Assembly: GCA_964398185.1 (NCBI GenBank)
Contig: CAYNML010000003.1
Location: forward strand, 16,303-80,302
From: an uncultured Anaerolineae bacterium
Lineage (GTDB): Bacteria > Chloroflexota > Anaerolineae > Fen-1058
DNA: 64,000 bases
Direction: 5' to 3'
In this document: positions 47,923-58,400 of the stretch, one piece after another
Layout of the letters: each line of letters begins with the position of its first letter
Numbering within the stretch: the first letter of the stretch is position 1
Translations under genes and position numbers: made by a program
Notes under the pieces: generated by a model
Databases searched by the model: none
What the model saw: the letters and a program-made list of their open reading frames with translations, nothing else
What the model was told of the DNA's origin: nothing

Positions 47923-49572
47923 CTAGCCCGAAATGCGCGTGAAGATGCGCCCCGCAATTTCCAGGAAAATGCGTTCCAGCCCATCGGCGTCAGGGGCATA
48001 GTAATAGTTGCCACATTGGATGCCCAACGCGGCATCATCGCCCCGGCCATCCGGATCAATCTTGGTTGTGTTATTGCGGTTGTTGTTGGGATCCAGACAC
48101 GGGCCGGTATCGAGCCGCCCATCATCACCCACATCGGCGACGTAGCGGAGCAACTGCTCGCCGGCATCCGGATCACCGTACTGCGGATCCGGACTGGTGC
48201 AAATCGCCGGCGCTCCGCCTGTTGGCGGCGTATAATTACCCGTCAAGCACACCGAGTTCCTGCCCAACGCGATGGTGTACACCAACACCCCTGCTGAACC
48301 GGCGCTGGGGTATAGATCTGGATCCAACCCCAACACATCGGCGAAATCGCGGGCGTAATCGTCCGAATCATAAAGCTGCGACGGATCCGAGTCCTTGTGG
48401 CGGGAATTCACATCGGCGTCACGGCACTTGAGCCGCGTGGTACGTTCTGACAGCGGGCAAATGCCATACTGCGGATCTGACCAGGGAATAGTGCCATAGG
48501 CCGAAGTGCGATTTGCCGGGCCGTCCACGAGCACGATCGTCACCCAGAGCGAGTCAGCACGATAGGGACTGGCCAGGCCAAACTCATCGTGCGCCCGAAT
48601 CAGTCCCGCACCGATGTTACTGGAGCCGCACTTCCACTTGTCCTCGGCAGGCGTCCCTGAGTTGCAGAGAACGTGACCGGTCGGGTTGGGCTGTGACGCA
48701 TTCGACGGTGGGACATACACATCCATGTTGTTGATGGCCGTTAAGGCATCGACCAGTTGATACCCCATCGGGAACAGGCGCTCGGCATTTTCGTTGAACG
48801 TAATCAACCCGATCCGATCGTAGTTCTGATACAGGCGCTGAATGAAGGCAATGGCGGCTTCTTTGGTCTTGCGGAACGGCTGGCAAATGCCGCGCGTCAA
48901 GCCCGGATAATTCGGATCGGGCGCGGTGGCTACCCCATTGCAGCCGCCGGCCGGAATCACGACACCATTCTCCAACGTGCCGCCGTTCAGGCAGGCATAC
49001 ATGTCATTGATCTTGTTCTGACTGCAATTGCTCCGCCACGGTTCCGGCAGTTGGTCGAAACTGTAAGCTTGTGACTCTGAGTTGTCCAGTACCAGCACGG
49101 CGTCTACTGAAGCGGCCTCGGAGATATTCGTACCGGCCACTTCAACAGCCGGGACACCCACGATTCCCAGGAAAAGCATGGGGACATGGGCAGTGGCTAC
49201 CACGCGCACCAGCTTGCGCTGCGGTTCGCCCGGATCTGGACACAAATCGGGATTGTGCACTGACGGGAGACCCAGACTGCACGTCTCTACCGTCACCGAC
49301 GGTGTGGGAATACCGTGCGAAACCACCAGTTCATGAGCGGCCTTCACAATCTTGTCAGCCGTGGCGCCACGCTTAAACTGCGCTGTCGCCGCCAGGCCGG
49401 CCGCATCGACGGCGCGGCGCAGCTCGCCGCGCACCACGAAGACGCGGGCCACATCGACGACAATGCCGGTAAAGGCCAGCAACATGATGAAGCCCATCGC
49501 AATCAAGACAATCGCTTGTCCGCGCTGCGGGGCGGAAGTTGTATCCATGGAATGAGTTGTTTTTTTCTTCAT
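47923..49572 (-). CDS. TadG-like protein: N-terminal Tad pseudopilin-like segment plus von Willebrand factor A domain
   Basis: RGQAIVLIAMGFIMLLAFTGIVVDVARVF (TadE/G-like N-terminus); MIDAS-like DxSxS (VLVLDNSES); many Cys. Confidence 0.65.
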   Translation of the reverse strand: MKKKTTHSMDTTSAPQRGQAIVLIAMGFIMLLAFTGIVVDVARVFVVRGELRRAVDAAGLAATAQFKRGATADKIVKAAHELVVSHGIPTPSVTVETCSLGLPSVHNPDLCPDPGEPQRKLVRVVATAHVPMLFLGIVGVPAVEVAGTNISEAASVDAVLVLDNSESQAYSFDQLPEPWRSNCSQNKINDMYACLNGGTLENGVVIPAGGCNGVATAPDPNYPGLTRGICQPFRKTKEAAIAFIQRLYQNYDRIGLITFNENAERLFPMGYQLVDALTAINNMDVYVPPSNASQPNPTGHVLCNSGTPAEDKWKCGSSNIGAGLIRAHDEFGLASPYRADSLWVTIVLVDGPANRTSAYGTIPWSDPQYGICPLSERTTRLKCRDADVNSRHKDSDPSQLYDSDDYARDFADVLGLDPDLYPSAGSAGVLVYTIALGRNSVCLTGNYTPPTGGAPAICTSPDPQYGDPDAGEQLLRYVADVGDDGRLDTGPCLDPNNNRNNTTKIDPDGRGDDAALGIQCGNYYYAPDADGLERIFLEIAGRIFTRISG

Positions 49573-49615
49573 AAGTCAATCGCTACCTGTTCAGATCTCT
49601 TGAGTGCCGGGCTTA

Positions 49616-50335
49616 TTACGGTCCCAAGCTGGGCGGCGCGGCCGAAGGCAGTGGCATCATCGTGTAAGCGTGCATCACGACTTCTTGCGGCAGAATGGGC
49701 ATGCCGGGCGGAACCAGCCCCAGGAACTGATGATGGTGCCGATAGATTTCGACAATCACCAGGCCCGTCGCGGGGCTGTCGGGGCTGTTGGCCAACATCG
49801 CCTCCACCGCCTCGGTCGAAAAGCGCGAAGATGCGGCCTGGCAGCCGTTCTTGGTGATGTGCGTGCAATACGACCAGCCTTGATCGTCAGACGTTACCAA
49901 GCCATCGCAATTGTTTGGCAAATAGGCAGGCCCATGGGGCGGACAAGTCTGCGGAAAACGCGCCACCACGTTCCCGGTCGCATCAACTGTAAAGGCCGAC
50001 ACGACGATGTCGTCGGTGAGATCGTTGAACGAGATCCCGAAAATGTTCTGTTTGGCCAGGCACGCGGCTTGATGGTAGAAGTTGTCGTCGCATTTCTGGC
50101 TTGGTTCCAGTGCCAGAATCAAGTCGCCGTCGGCAGCATAGCGAGCCGCTTCGCGGGTAGCGTCCAGAATGGTGAGGTAATCGTTGAAATATTTGCCGAC
50201 CTCCAGCGTCCCGGCCATGATCAACAGTAGAATGGGAAACGCCAGGGCCATTTCCACCATGCTCTGTCCACGCTCACGATGCGGCTTGCGACGGCTGCTC
50301 AATTGGCGTAATTTTTGGATAATTTGATCTTGCAT
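49616..50335 (-). CDS. TadE-like protein
   Basis: RGQSMVEMALAFPILLLIMAGTLEVGKYF; AAGAGG SD before the ATG at 50335. The longer ORF to 50407 would run into the promoter-like AT-rich region. Confidence 0.6.
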   Translation of the reverse strand: MQDQIIQKLRQLSSRRKPHRERGQSMVEMALAFPILLLIMAGTLEVGKYFNDYLTILDATREAARYAADGDLILALEPSQKCDDNFYHQAACLAKQNIFGISFNDLTDDIVVSAFTVDATGNVVARFPQTCPPHGPAYLPNNCDGLVTSDDQGWSYCTHITKNGCQAASSRFSTEAVEAMLANSPDSPATGLVIVEIYRHHHQFLGLVPPGMPILPQEVVMHAYTMMPLPSAAPPSLGP

Positions 50336-50405
50336 GGCAATTTGCCTCTTGCCAGATATTGTAGAACCCATGTTCGTTTCCGTTGAAACATTCTTTCCAC
50401 ATAGC

Positions 50406-50414
50406 ACTATACCA
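50406..50414 (-). promoter_or_regulatory. candidate extended -10 (TGgTATAGT on minus strand) inside the AT-rich island 50336-50534
   Basis: sequence match; the region is about 42% GC against about 65% for the genome. Confidence 0.3.
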
Positions 50415-50534
50415 CCATCACGACAGAATATCTTTAGGATTTAGGTCACTATTGAGGGTGAAACTGAAAACGGGGAACGGTCTTATGACACAATCAAGAC
50501 AAATTGCAGCTCGGCTACGGATAGGGAATTTGTA

Positions 50535-51233
50535 CTAGTGGATGGTTGTGACCAATTCTTCGCCAAAGCGGGCGCCGTCAGGCATGATAGCCCCTGTCAG
50601 ATTGGCATCGGTCAAAGTTACGTCGCTGTGAAAAATGCCACGCAGATTGGCGCCCGTGAAGTTGGTACCTTCGATCGAGGTGTGGCTGAGATCCGCATTG
50701 CTGAGGTTGGCATAGGACAGATCGGCCCCGCGCAGATCGCTGTGGCGCAGATCACTGCCGCTGAGATCTGCGCCGCTCAAGTTAGCCGAGGTGAAGTCGC
50801 AGCTAGCCAGCTTGGCGAAGGCCAGATTGACGCCGTTGCCGCTGGCGCCGCGCCAATACGCTTCATTAGCGATGACCTCGCTCAGCTTGGCAAAGGTTAG
50901 CTGGGCGTTGGCCAGGTTCGCGCCGGCCAGGATGCAGGCGTTCAACACCGCTTCCTTGAGATTGGCGCCCGTCAGATCGACGCCGCTGAGATTCGCGCGC
51001 ACCGCGCGGGCGCGACTGAGATTGGCCCCAATCAAAACGGCTCCGGTCAGATCGGCTTCGGTTAGATCGGCCAGGCTGAGATCGGCGTGGCCCAGCTTGG
51101 TGTTGCGCAAGTTCGCATGGCGCAAATCGATTTCGGCCAGATCCAGCTCGGTGAGATCAAGCCCGCTCAAGCGTGGTCGTTCGCCGGCGCTGATCAGGGC
51201 CAGCAGCAATTCTTTGCGTGTCAGCTCAGCCAT
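50535..51233 (-). CDS. pentapeptide repeat protein
   Basis: continuous A(D/N)LxG-type pentapeptide repeats (ANLSGADLSGSDLRHSDLRGADLSYANLSNADLSH). Confidence 0.85.
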   Translation of the reverse strand: MAELTRKELLLALISAGERPRLSGLDLTELDLAEIDLRHANLRNTKLGHADLSLADLTEADLTGAVLIGANLSRARAVRANLSGVDLTGANLKEAVLNACILAGANLANAQLTFAKLSEVIANEAYWRGASGNGVNLAFAKLASCDFTSANLSGADLSGSDLRHSDLRGADLSYANLSNADLSHTSIEGTNFTGANLRGIFHSDVTLTDANLTGAIMPDGARFGEELVTTIH

Positions 51234-51505
51234 CAGACATCCCTGCTTGTTTGAAGAGTTGCTTCCATTATAAATACAAGATCGTCTCAGGGGCAAGGGA
51301 TGCAACCGAACGGTAATGCAACCTTAACCCTGAAGTGTTGGAGTATAATCGATTATGGTACAGGCGTTTGCCTGATGTTCTTCACTCGTCTTCAAGACGC
51401 ATCGTCGCGACGCATCGTCGAGCAATCGTCAGCCAGGCGTTGCTTGCGCGTAGGCTGGCGCGGAACACATTCGCTGCACACAGCGTTATCATAGGAGAGT
51501 TCACC

Positions 51506-52360
51506 ATGCGGCATTCGTTTGTCTCTACTCAGCGTTCGTGGTTGGTGTGGCTGGCGTTGGCGGCTATGTTGCTGGCGACCCTGGCCTGCGGTTTTGAAGG
51601 CGGCGCGTTTGGCTCCACCCCCACACCGGCGGCCAACCGGGTTGTGCTTCCCAACGTAGGCGGAGCACCGTCCGGCTCGGCAGCTGCGCCAGATCTAGCG
51701 CAAGCTCCGGTCGAGGGGATTCTGATTATATCGCCGCAGCCCGGCCAGGGCGCGCGCGGCACACTGCGGATTGAGGGCTTGAGCGATCTGGCGCTGGCGC
51801 AGCAGCTCAACGTCGTGGTACGCGATGCGGCCGGCACGGTCATCGGCGCAGCCCGACCGGCCACTCAAGCCCCGGCGGACCAACGCAGTTCATTTGCCGC
51901 CGAGGTTGCCATTCCGGCCGAGATCGCGCCACAGGCCGGTCGCGTGCAGGTCTATGCCGTTTCACCGGGGAACAACGCCGTCACGCACCTCGCCTCGGTC
52001 GAGGTCGAACTGAACAGCGACAAGCAAATCAAGGCCGCCCCGATCGATCCGCAAACGCCCGAGGCCATCGCCATGATCTTCCCCAGCCCCAACGCGGAAT
52101 TGAAAGGCGTGGCGCGCGTGGCCGCCGCGACGATGCTAGGCCCCAAGATCGTCATCGAAGTGATCGATGCCAACAATCAGAGCGTAGGCCGCGTGGAGCA
52201 GACCGTCGAGCTGACCGCCGGCTCGCCGGGACAAGTAATGGCCGAAGTGCCGATCAAAGTTTTAACCGCCGGGCCGGGCCGCGTGCTGGTGTATGCCGTC
52301 AATGCGCGCGACGGTGCGACGGAGCATTTGAGTTCTGTGGAAGTGAATCTCGTTCCGTAA
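51506..52360 (+). CDS. secreted/lipoprotein candidate with two Ig-like (Gmad2-like) repeats
   Basis: signal peptide ending LLATLAC; two about 90-aa repeats ending VQVYAVSPGNNAVTHLASVEVEL / VLVYAVNARDGATEHLSSVEVNL; AGGAGAG SD. Confidence 0.5.
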   Translation: MRHSFVSTQRSWLVWLALAAMLLATLACGFEGGAFGSTPTPAANRVVLPNVGGAPSGSAAAPDLAQAPVEGILIISPQPGQGARGTLRIEGLSDLALAQQLNVVVRDAAGTVIGAARPATQAPADQRSSFAAEVAIPAEIAPQAGRVQVYAVSPGNNAVTHLASVEVELNSDKQIKAAPIDPQTPEAIAMIFPSPNAELKGVARVAAATMLGPKIVIEVIDANNQSVGRVEQTVELTAGSPGQVMAEVPIKVLTAGPGRVLVYAVNARDGATEHLSSVEVNLVP

Positions 52361-52430
52361 AGCGTGCTGCGTGCAACGTAATGCGTAAAACGCAACAACC
52401 GTTATAACGCTGCATGTTTTACGCTTCACA
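52361..52430. repeat. iterated-word palindrome (GCGTGC..GTAATGCGTAAAACGC / GCATGTTTTACGCTTCACACGC) in the lipoprotein-A2M spacer
   Basis: begins at the TAA stop; GCGTAAAAC faces GTTTTACGC. Confidence 0.55.
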
Positions 52431-52445
52431 CGCAAAGGAGTTGTC

Positions 52446-55400
52446 ATGACTACCGCCAATCCGCCGCGTTCCTCCAATCGCACACCGTTGATCATCGTGG
52501 CTGTCGTCGCCGTCCTTGCGCTGATCGCGGGCGGCGTGTTCCTGGCAACCCGCAAGTCGCCGGAAAAGGTCGTGCAGGAACTGGTGGCGCAGCTGCCGCC
52601 CTTCGTGATCGATCGCGCGCCCGCGCGCGGCGAAGAGCAGGGCACCGAAGCGCCCATCACGCTCTCCTTCGACAAGCCGATGGATCGCGCCTCGGTCGAG
52701 CAGGCGTTTGAGATCACGCCCCGGGTGAGCGGTGCGTTCAAGTGGAATGGCGACAACACGCAAGTGTCGTTCGTGCCGACGGGCGAGGGGTTTGCGCGCG
52801 GCGAAGTGTACAGTGTCAACGTGCTGACCACGGCGCTGGCCGCCAACGGGATGATGCTGGGCCAGCCGCTGCAATTCACCTTCAAGGCCGTGGGCTTTCT
52901 GGCTGTGACGCAGGTGATGCCCGCCGACGCTGCGGAAGGCGTCGATCCCGATACCGACATCACGGTGATGTTCAATCGCCCCGTCGTGCCGCTGGCGCCG
53001 ATCGAGGAACAGGCAAATCTCCCGCAGCCGCTGGTGCTCGATCCGCCGGCGCCAGGTAAAGGCGAATGGATCAACACGTCGATCTATGTGTTCCGCCCGG
53101 ATGATCGCTTGCAGTCCGGCATCAAGTACACCGCCAAAATCCCGGCGGGCTTGCAAGATCCGTTGGGCGCGGAACTGCGTGAAGATGTGGTGTGGTCATT
53201 CACGACGATGACGCCGCAGGTGATCGCCACCGGGCCGACGGACGGCGAGAGCGATGTGTGGCTCGATCGATCAATCCAGGTGGTCTTCAGCCAGCCGATG
53301 AATCATGCCAGCGTTGAGAGCCTCTTCTCGCTGCGGCAGGGATCGCCCGATGGGCCGCCAGTGCCGGGCGCCTTTACGTGGGTCACCTCGACTATGGTGA
53401 ACGATATGCTGCCGATGGGCATGAGCGGGATGATGACGGCGCCGCAGTTGGGCGGCGGACGCGCTTCGTTCCTGGCGGAGACGCTGATCTTCTCGCCGAC
53501 CGATCTGCTGGCGCGCGAGACGCCGTATTTCGTGAAACTGGCCGCAGGCGCGCAGGGCGCCAGCGGCGGGCTGCCCATGCCGTATGACTTCCAGTGGTCG
53601 TTCACGACGGTGAAACCACTGTATGTCATCCGCACCGATCCGGTCGATGGCGGCAGCGCCGCGCCCTACGCCTCGATGGACATCTACTTCTCCGCGCCGG
53701 TGGATGAGAAGACGCTGCAATACGTCACCACCTCAGCGGAGATTTCCCCGACGAACGTGTACACCTACTACAGCGACTACGACAATCGCTACGTTTACGG
53801 CTTTGGGCCGGGGCCGTCGGGCGAGTATCAAGTGACCATCGGGGCGCAGGTAGCCGATCGGTGGGGGCAGCCGCTCGGCGCCGATCAAGTGATCAACTTC
53901 CGCACGCGCCCGCTGCCGCCGGAGCAGTGGTTCGACGTGCCGGGCCGCTTCGGCGTGTACGGCAACTACACTGACACCGTGATCTATGCGCGCTATCGCA
54001 ATGTGTCGCAGCTGGACTTGGAGCTGTATCAAGTGTCGCTGGCGGAGTTCGCCTATCTCATCGGGCCAGAATCGTGGTCACGCTGGGATCAGGCGGTGCC
54101 CGTCAACGGGCCGCCGGTGCGCGTGTGGAGCGTGCCGGTCAATAAGCCGCTGAACGAAGCGGGCTTGATTCGCATTCCGGTGGAGAGCGATGCGGGCGGC
54201 GTGTTACCTACGGGCATCTACCTGATCCGCGTCACCTCGCCAGAGCAGCAGCAGAATGATTACGGCGGTATCACGCGCCACTTGATGGTGGTGTCTGATA
54301 ACAATGTCACTTTGAAAGCTGCCGATAAAGAAGGGCTGGTGTGGGCCACGAATCTCCAATCGGGTCTTGAGACCGCCGGAGTCCCGATCAGCATTTACGA
54401 TCCGGATTTCAATCGCTTGTCAGCGGGCGCGACGGATCAAGCAGGTCTATATCGATACGATGTTGAAGCGCAGCGCGATCCCAATATCAGCTTGATGGCC
54501 GTGCTGGGTGACTATGGCGGGCCGTTTGGCGTGGCGGTCAGCGATTGGAACGCAGGCATCGCGCCGTGGGACTTTGGGGTGTATGCCAATTACTACGCCA
54601 GCGTGTACAACGCTTATCTCTACACCGATAAACCGATCTATCGACCGGGGCAGACCGTGCACATCAAAGGCATTGTGCGCATTGAAGACGATGCGCGCTA
54701 TGCGATTGATCCGAATCTGAAGTTGATCGATGTGTTGATCTACGACGCGCAGGGCAAGCAGGTGTACACCGGCACACAGGCGTTGAATGATTTCGGCGCC
54801 TTCAACTTTGATTTTGATCTCGATGAAGAAGCGGCGCTGGGCGGCTATTCGATACAAGCGCAGATTCCGGTGCGCTATCCGGGGCAGGATGTGCCGATCG
54901 TGCAGTATTACAACGGCAATTTCGTGGTGGCCGAATATCGTCGGCCGGAGTTCCAGGTGACGGTGACCGCGGCACAGGACGAAGTGCTGCAAGGCGAAAC
55001 CATCGACGTGGAAGTGGAGGCGAGTTACTTCTTCGGCGGCGCGGTGGGCAATGCGCCCGTCAACTGGTCGGCGGTTGCCAGCGATTACTATTTCGATCGT
55101 TACGACGGGCCGGGCTATTACGATTGGAACGACATCGACTACAGCGGCATTTATGATTCGTCGCGCGGCGGATTGATCGCTTCCGGCGAAGGCCAGACCG
55201 ACGCGCAGGGCAAGTTCAAGATCAGCCTGCCCGCCCAGCTCGACGAGAAGACCGGCAGCCAGACGTTCAACATCGAAGCGGCCGTGACTGATCTCAACGG
55301 GCAGTACGTGGCGAATCGCGTCAGTGTGATCGTACACCAGGGCGAATACTACATCGGCGTTGCGCCCGTCGATTACGTGGGCACGGCGGGCCAGCCCATG

Positions 55401-58400
55401 GACTTCAATCTGCTCACGGTCGATTGGCAGGGCGATGCGATCGGGAACAAGAATCTCGACATCGTGTTCTACCAGCGCGAGTGGTTCAACGTGCAGGAAC
55501 AGGACGACTTCGGCAACATCATGTGGACATGGTCGTTCAGCGATACGGCAGTGTTCACGACGACGGCCACCACTGGTACAGCCGGCAAAGGCATTACGTC
55601 GTTCACGCCGCCCAACGGCGGTGAATATCGCGTGGTGGCGCGCGGCGTCGATGGCAAGAACAACAAGATTTCGTCGGCGACTTACGTGTGGGTGTCGAGC
55701 GAAGAGTACGTGTCGTGGCGGCAGGACAACAACGATCGCATCTCGCTGGTGGCGGACAAGAAGGAATACACGCCCGGCGACGTGGCGAAGATTCTGATCC
55801 CGTCGCCGTATCAGGGGCAGGTGCGCGCGCTAATCACCACCGAGCGCGGCCGCATCCTCGATCAACGGGTGATCACACTCCAGACCAACAGCGATGTGAT
55901 CGAGATTCCCATCACCCCGGCGCTGGCGCCCAATGCCTTCGTGTCGGTCGTCCTCGTCAAGGGCGTCGATCAAAACGATCTCGCGCCGTCGTTCAAGATC
56001 GGTTACGCCTCGTTCAAGGTGAATCGCGCCGCGCAGGAACTGTATATCACGCTGACCCCCGATCGCGATCCCCAGACCGAGCACTATGCGCCGCGCGACA
56101 CGGTGACGTACACCGTGCAGATCGAGAATTACGCGGGCGAGCCGGTGCAGGCGGAAACGTCGCTGGCGATGGTCGATCTGGCGGTGCTCTCGCTGCTCGA
56201 TCGGTTGAACGTGCCCATCGCGGATCACTTCTACGGCGAGCGCGGCCTGGGCATTCGCACCGGCATCTCGCTGGTGTACTCGGTCGATCGCATCAACGTG
56301 AAGCTGGCAGAAGAAGCCAAGGGCGGCGGCGGCGGCGCCGATGCGGCCGGCGGCTTCAGCGTGCGCGGCGATTTCCGCGACACGGCCTTCTGGAAGGCTG
56401 ATGTGACGACGGATGCCAACGGCCTCGCGACGGTGTCGTTCACGCTGCCGGATAACCTGACCACATGGCGCATGTCGGCGATTGCGATCACGAAGGACGG
56501 ACTCGTCGGCGAAGGCCAATCGGAAATTAGAAGCACGAAGGACTTGCTCATCCGCCCGGTGACGCCGCGCTTCATGATCGTCGGCGATCAACTCAACATG
56601 GCGGCTGTCGTCAACAACAATACAAGCAATGACATCACGGCGGACGTGTCGCTGGAAGGCACGGGCATCACCATCGACAACGGACAGGTGAAGCAGAGCG
56701 TGACCGTTCCGGCGGGCGGCGCGGTGCGCGTGGACTGGCCGGTGACGGTGCTGGATGCGGAGTATGCCGATCTCACCTTCAGCGTGCGCGGCGGCGGCTT
56801 GCAGGATGCGAGCAAGCCCACGGCGGGTCTGCCGCCCGATCAGCATCTGCCCATCTACAAGTACAGCACACCGGACACCACCGCGACGAGCGGCAACGTG
56901 ACGAAAGAAGATCCGGTGCGCACGGAAGTCATCGTGCTGCCCAAAGCGATCGATACGACGCAGGGCGATCTGAAAGTGCAGATCGATCCGTCGCTGGCCG
57001 CCGGTTCGACGGAAGGCTTGAAGTACCTGGAGCACTATCCATATGAATGCACGGAACAGACGGTGAGCCGCTTCCTGCCGAACGTGTTGACCTATCGGGC
57101 GTTGAAGGACCTGACTCTGTCCGAGCCGGAGTTGGAAGAAAAACTCGAGCGGCTGGTGCGCTTTGGCGTGCAGCGGCTCGCCAATCAGCAGCACGTCGAC
57201 GGCGGCTGGGGCTGGTGGGTGACGGACAAGTCGAATATGCAAGTGACCACCTATGTGATGTTCGGCTTGATCAAGGCGCGGCAGGCGGGCTTCGCGGTTG
57301 AGCAGACGATGCTCGACCACGGCCTCAACTACTTGATCAGCAACTTGCAGCCGACCACGTCGCTCGCTACGCCGTGGAAAGCGAATCAACAGGCGTACAC
57401 GCTCTATGTGCTGGCCGAAGCCGGCAAGCCGCAGAACAGCGCGTTGATCTCGCTGTATGACGACAAGCGCGCGCTGCTGGGCAACTATGGCAAGGCGTTG
57501 CTGGCGCTGGGCCTGAACCTCGCGCAGCCTAATGACAAATCTCGCGTCAACACACTCATGAGCGACATCGTGAGCCAGGCCAAGACCAGCGCTACCGGCG
57601 TGCACTGGGAAGAGCAGGATGTGTACTGGGGCACGTGGGAAACCGATCTGCGTTCGACGGCGACGGTGCTGGACGCTTTTGCGCTGCTCGATCCCAAGAA
57701 TCCGCTCGCGCCCAACGTGGTGCGCTGGCTGATGAATTCACGTATCGAAGGCCGTTGGGCTTCGACACAAGAGACCGCGTGGACATTGATCGGTTTCACC
57801 GACTGGATGCTCGCCACCGGCGAACTCACGCCCGACTATTCGTGGGCGCTGAAGTTGAACGACGCCGTCGTCGGCACGGGCACGGCCACCAGCGAGAACG
57901 TGCGGCAATCGGCGATTATCACAAAGTCGATCAGTGAGTTAAATGTGCCGGTGAATGTGTTGACGTTCGAGCGTAAAGCAGCAGAAGGCCAATCGGGCGA
58001 CGGGATGATGTACTACTCGGCTTACCTGCGCGCGTATCAACCAGTGACGGGTGTGCAGTCGCTGTCGCGCGGCATCGTGATCGGGCGGCAGTATTACGAT
58101 CAAGGCGATGCGTGCTTCAAGCCGTTGAAGCCGGGCGAGAAGGCCATCCCTTGCACGCCGGTCACGACGGCGAAGGTGGGCGATACGCTGGTCGTGAAGT
58201 TGAGCATCGTCGCGCCGACCGATCTGTACTACGTGCTCGTCGAGAGTCCGCTGCCCGCCGGGATGGAAGCGGTGGACACCAGCCTCAAGACCACGTCGCA
58301 GATCGCGGAAGGACCAGAGTTCGGCCCGGCGAATCAACCGTACACGTTTTACGGCGGCTGGGGCTGGTGGTGGTTCACGCACACCGAACTCCGCGACGAG

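Noticed and set aside
55830-57605. 591-aa minus-strand ORF inside the A2M gene
   Set aside because: Antisense to a well-supported 2041-aa CDS with the thioester motif; composition is a GC artefact.
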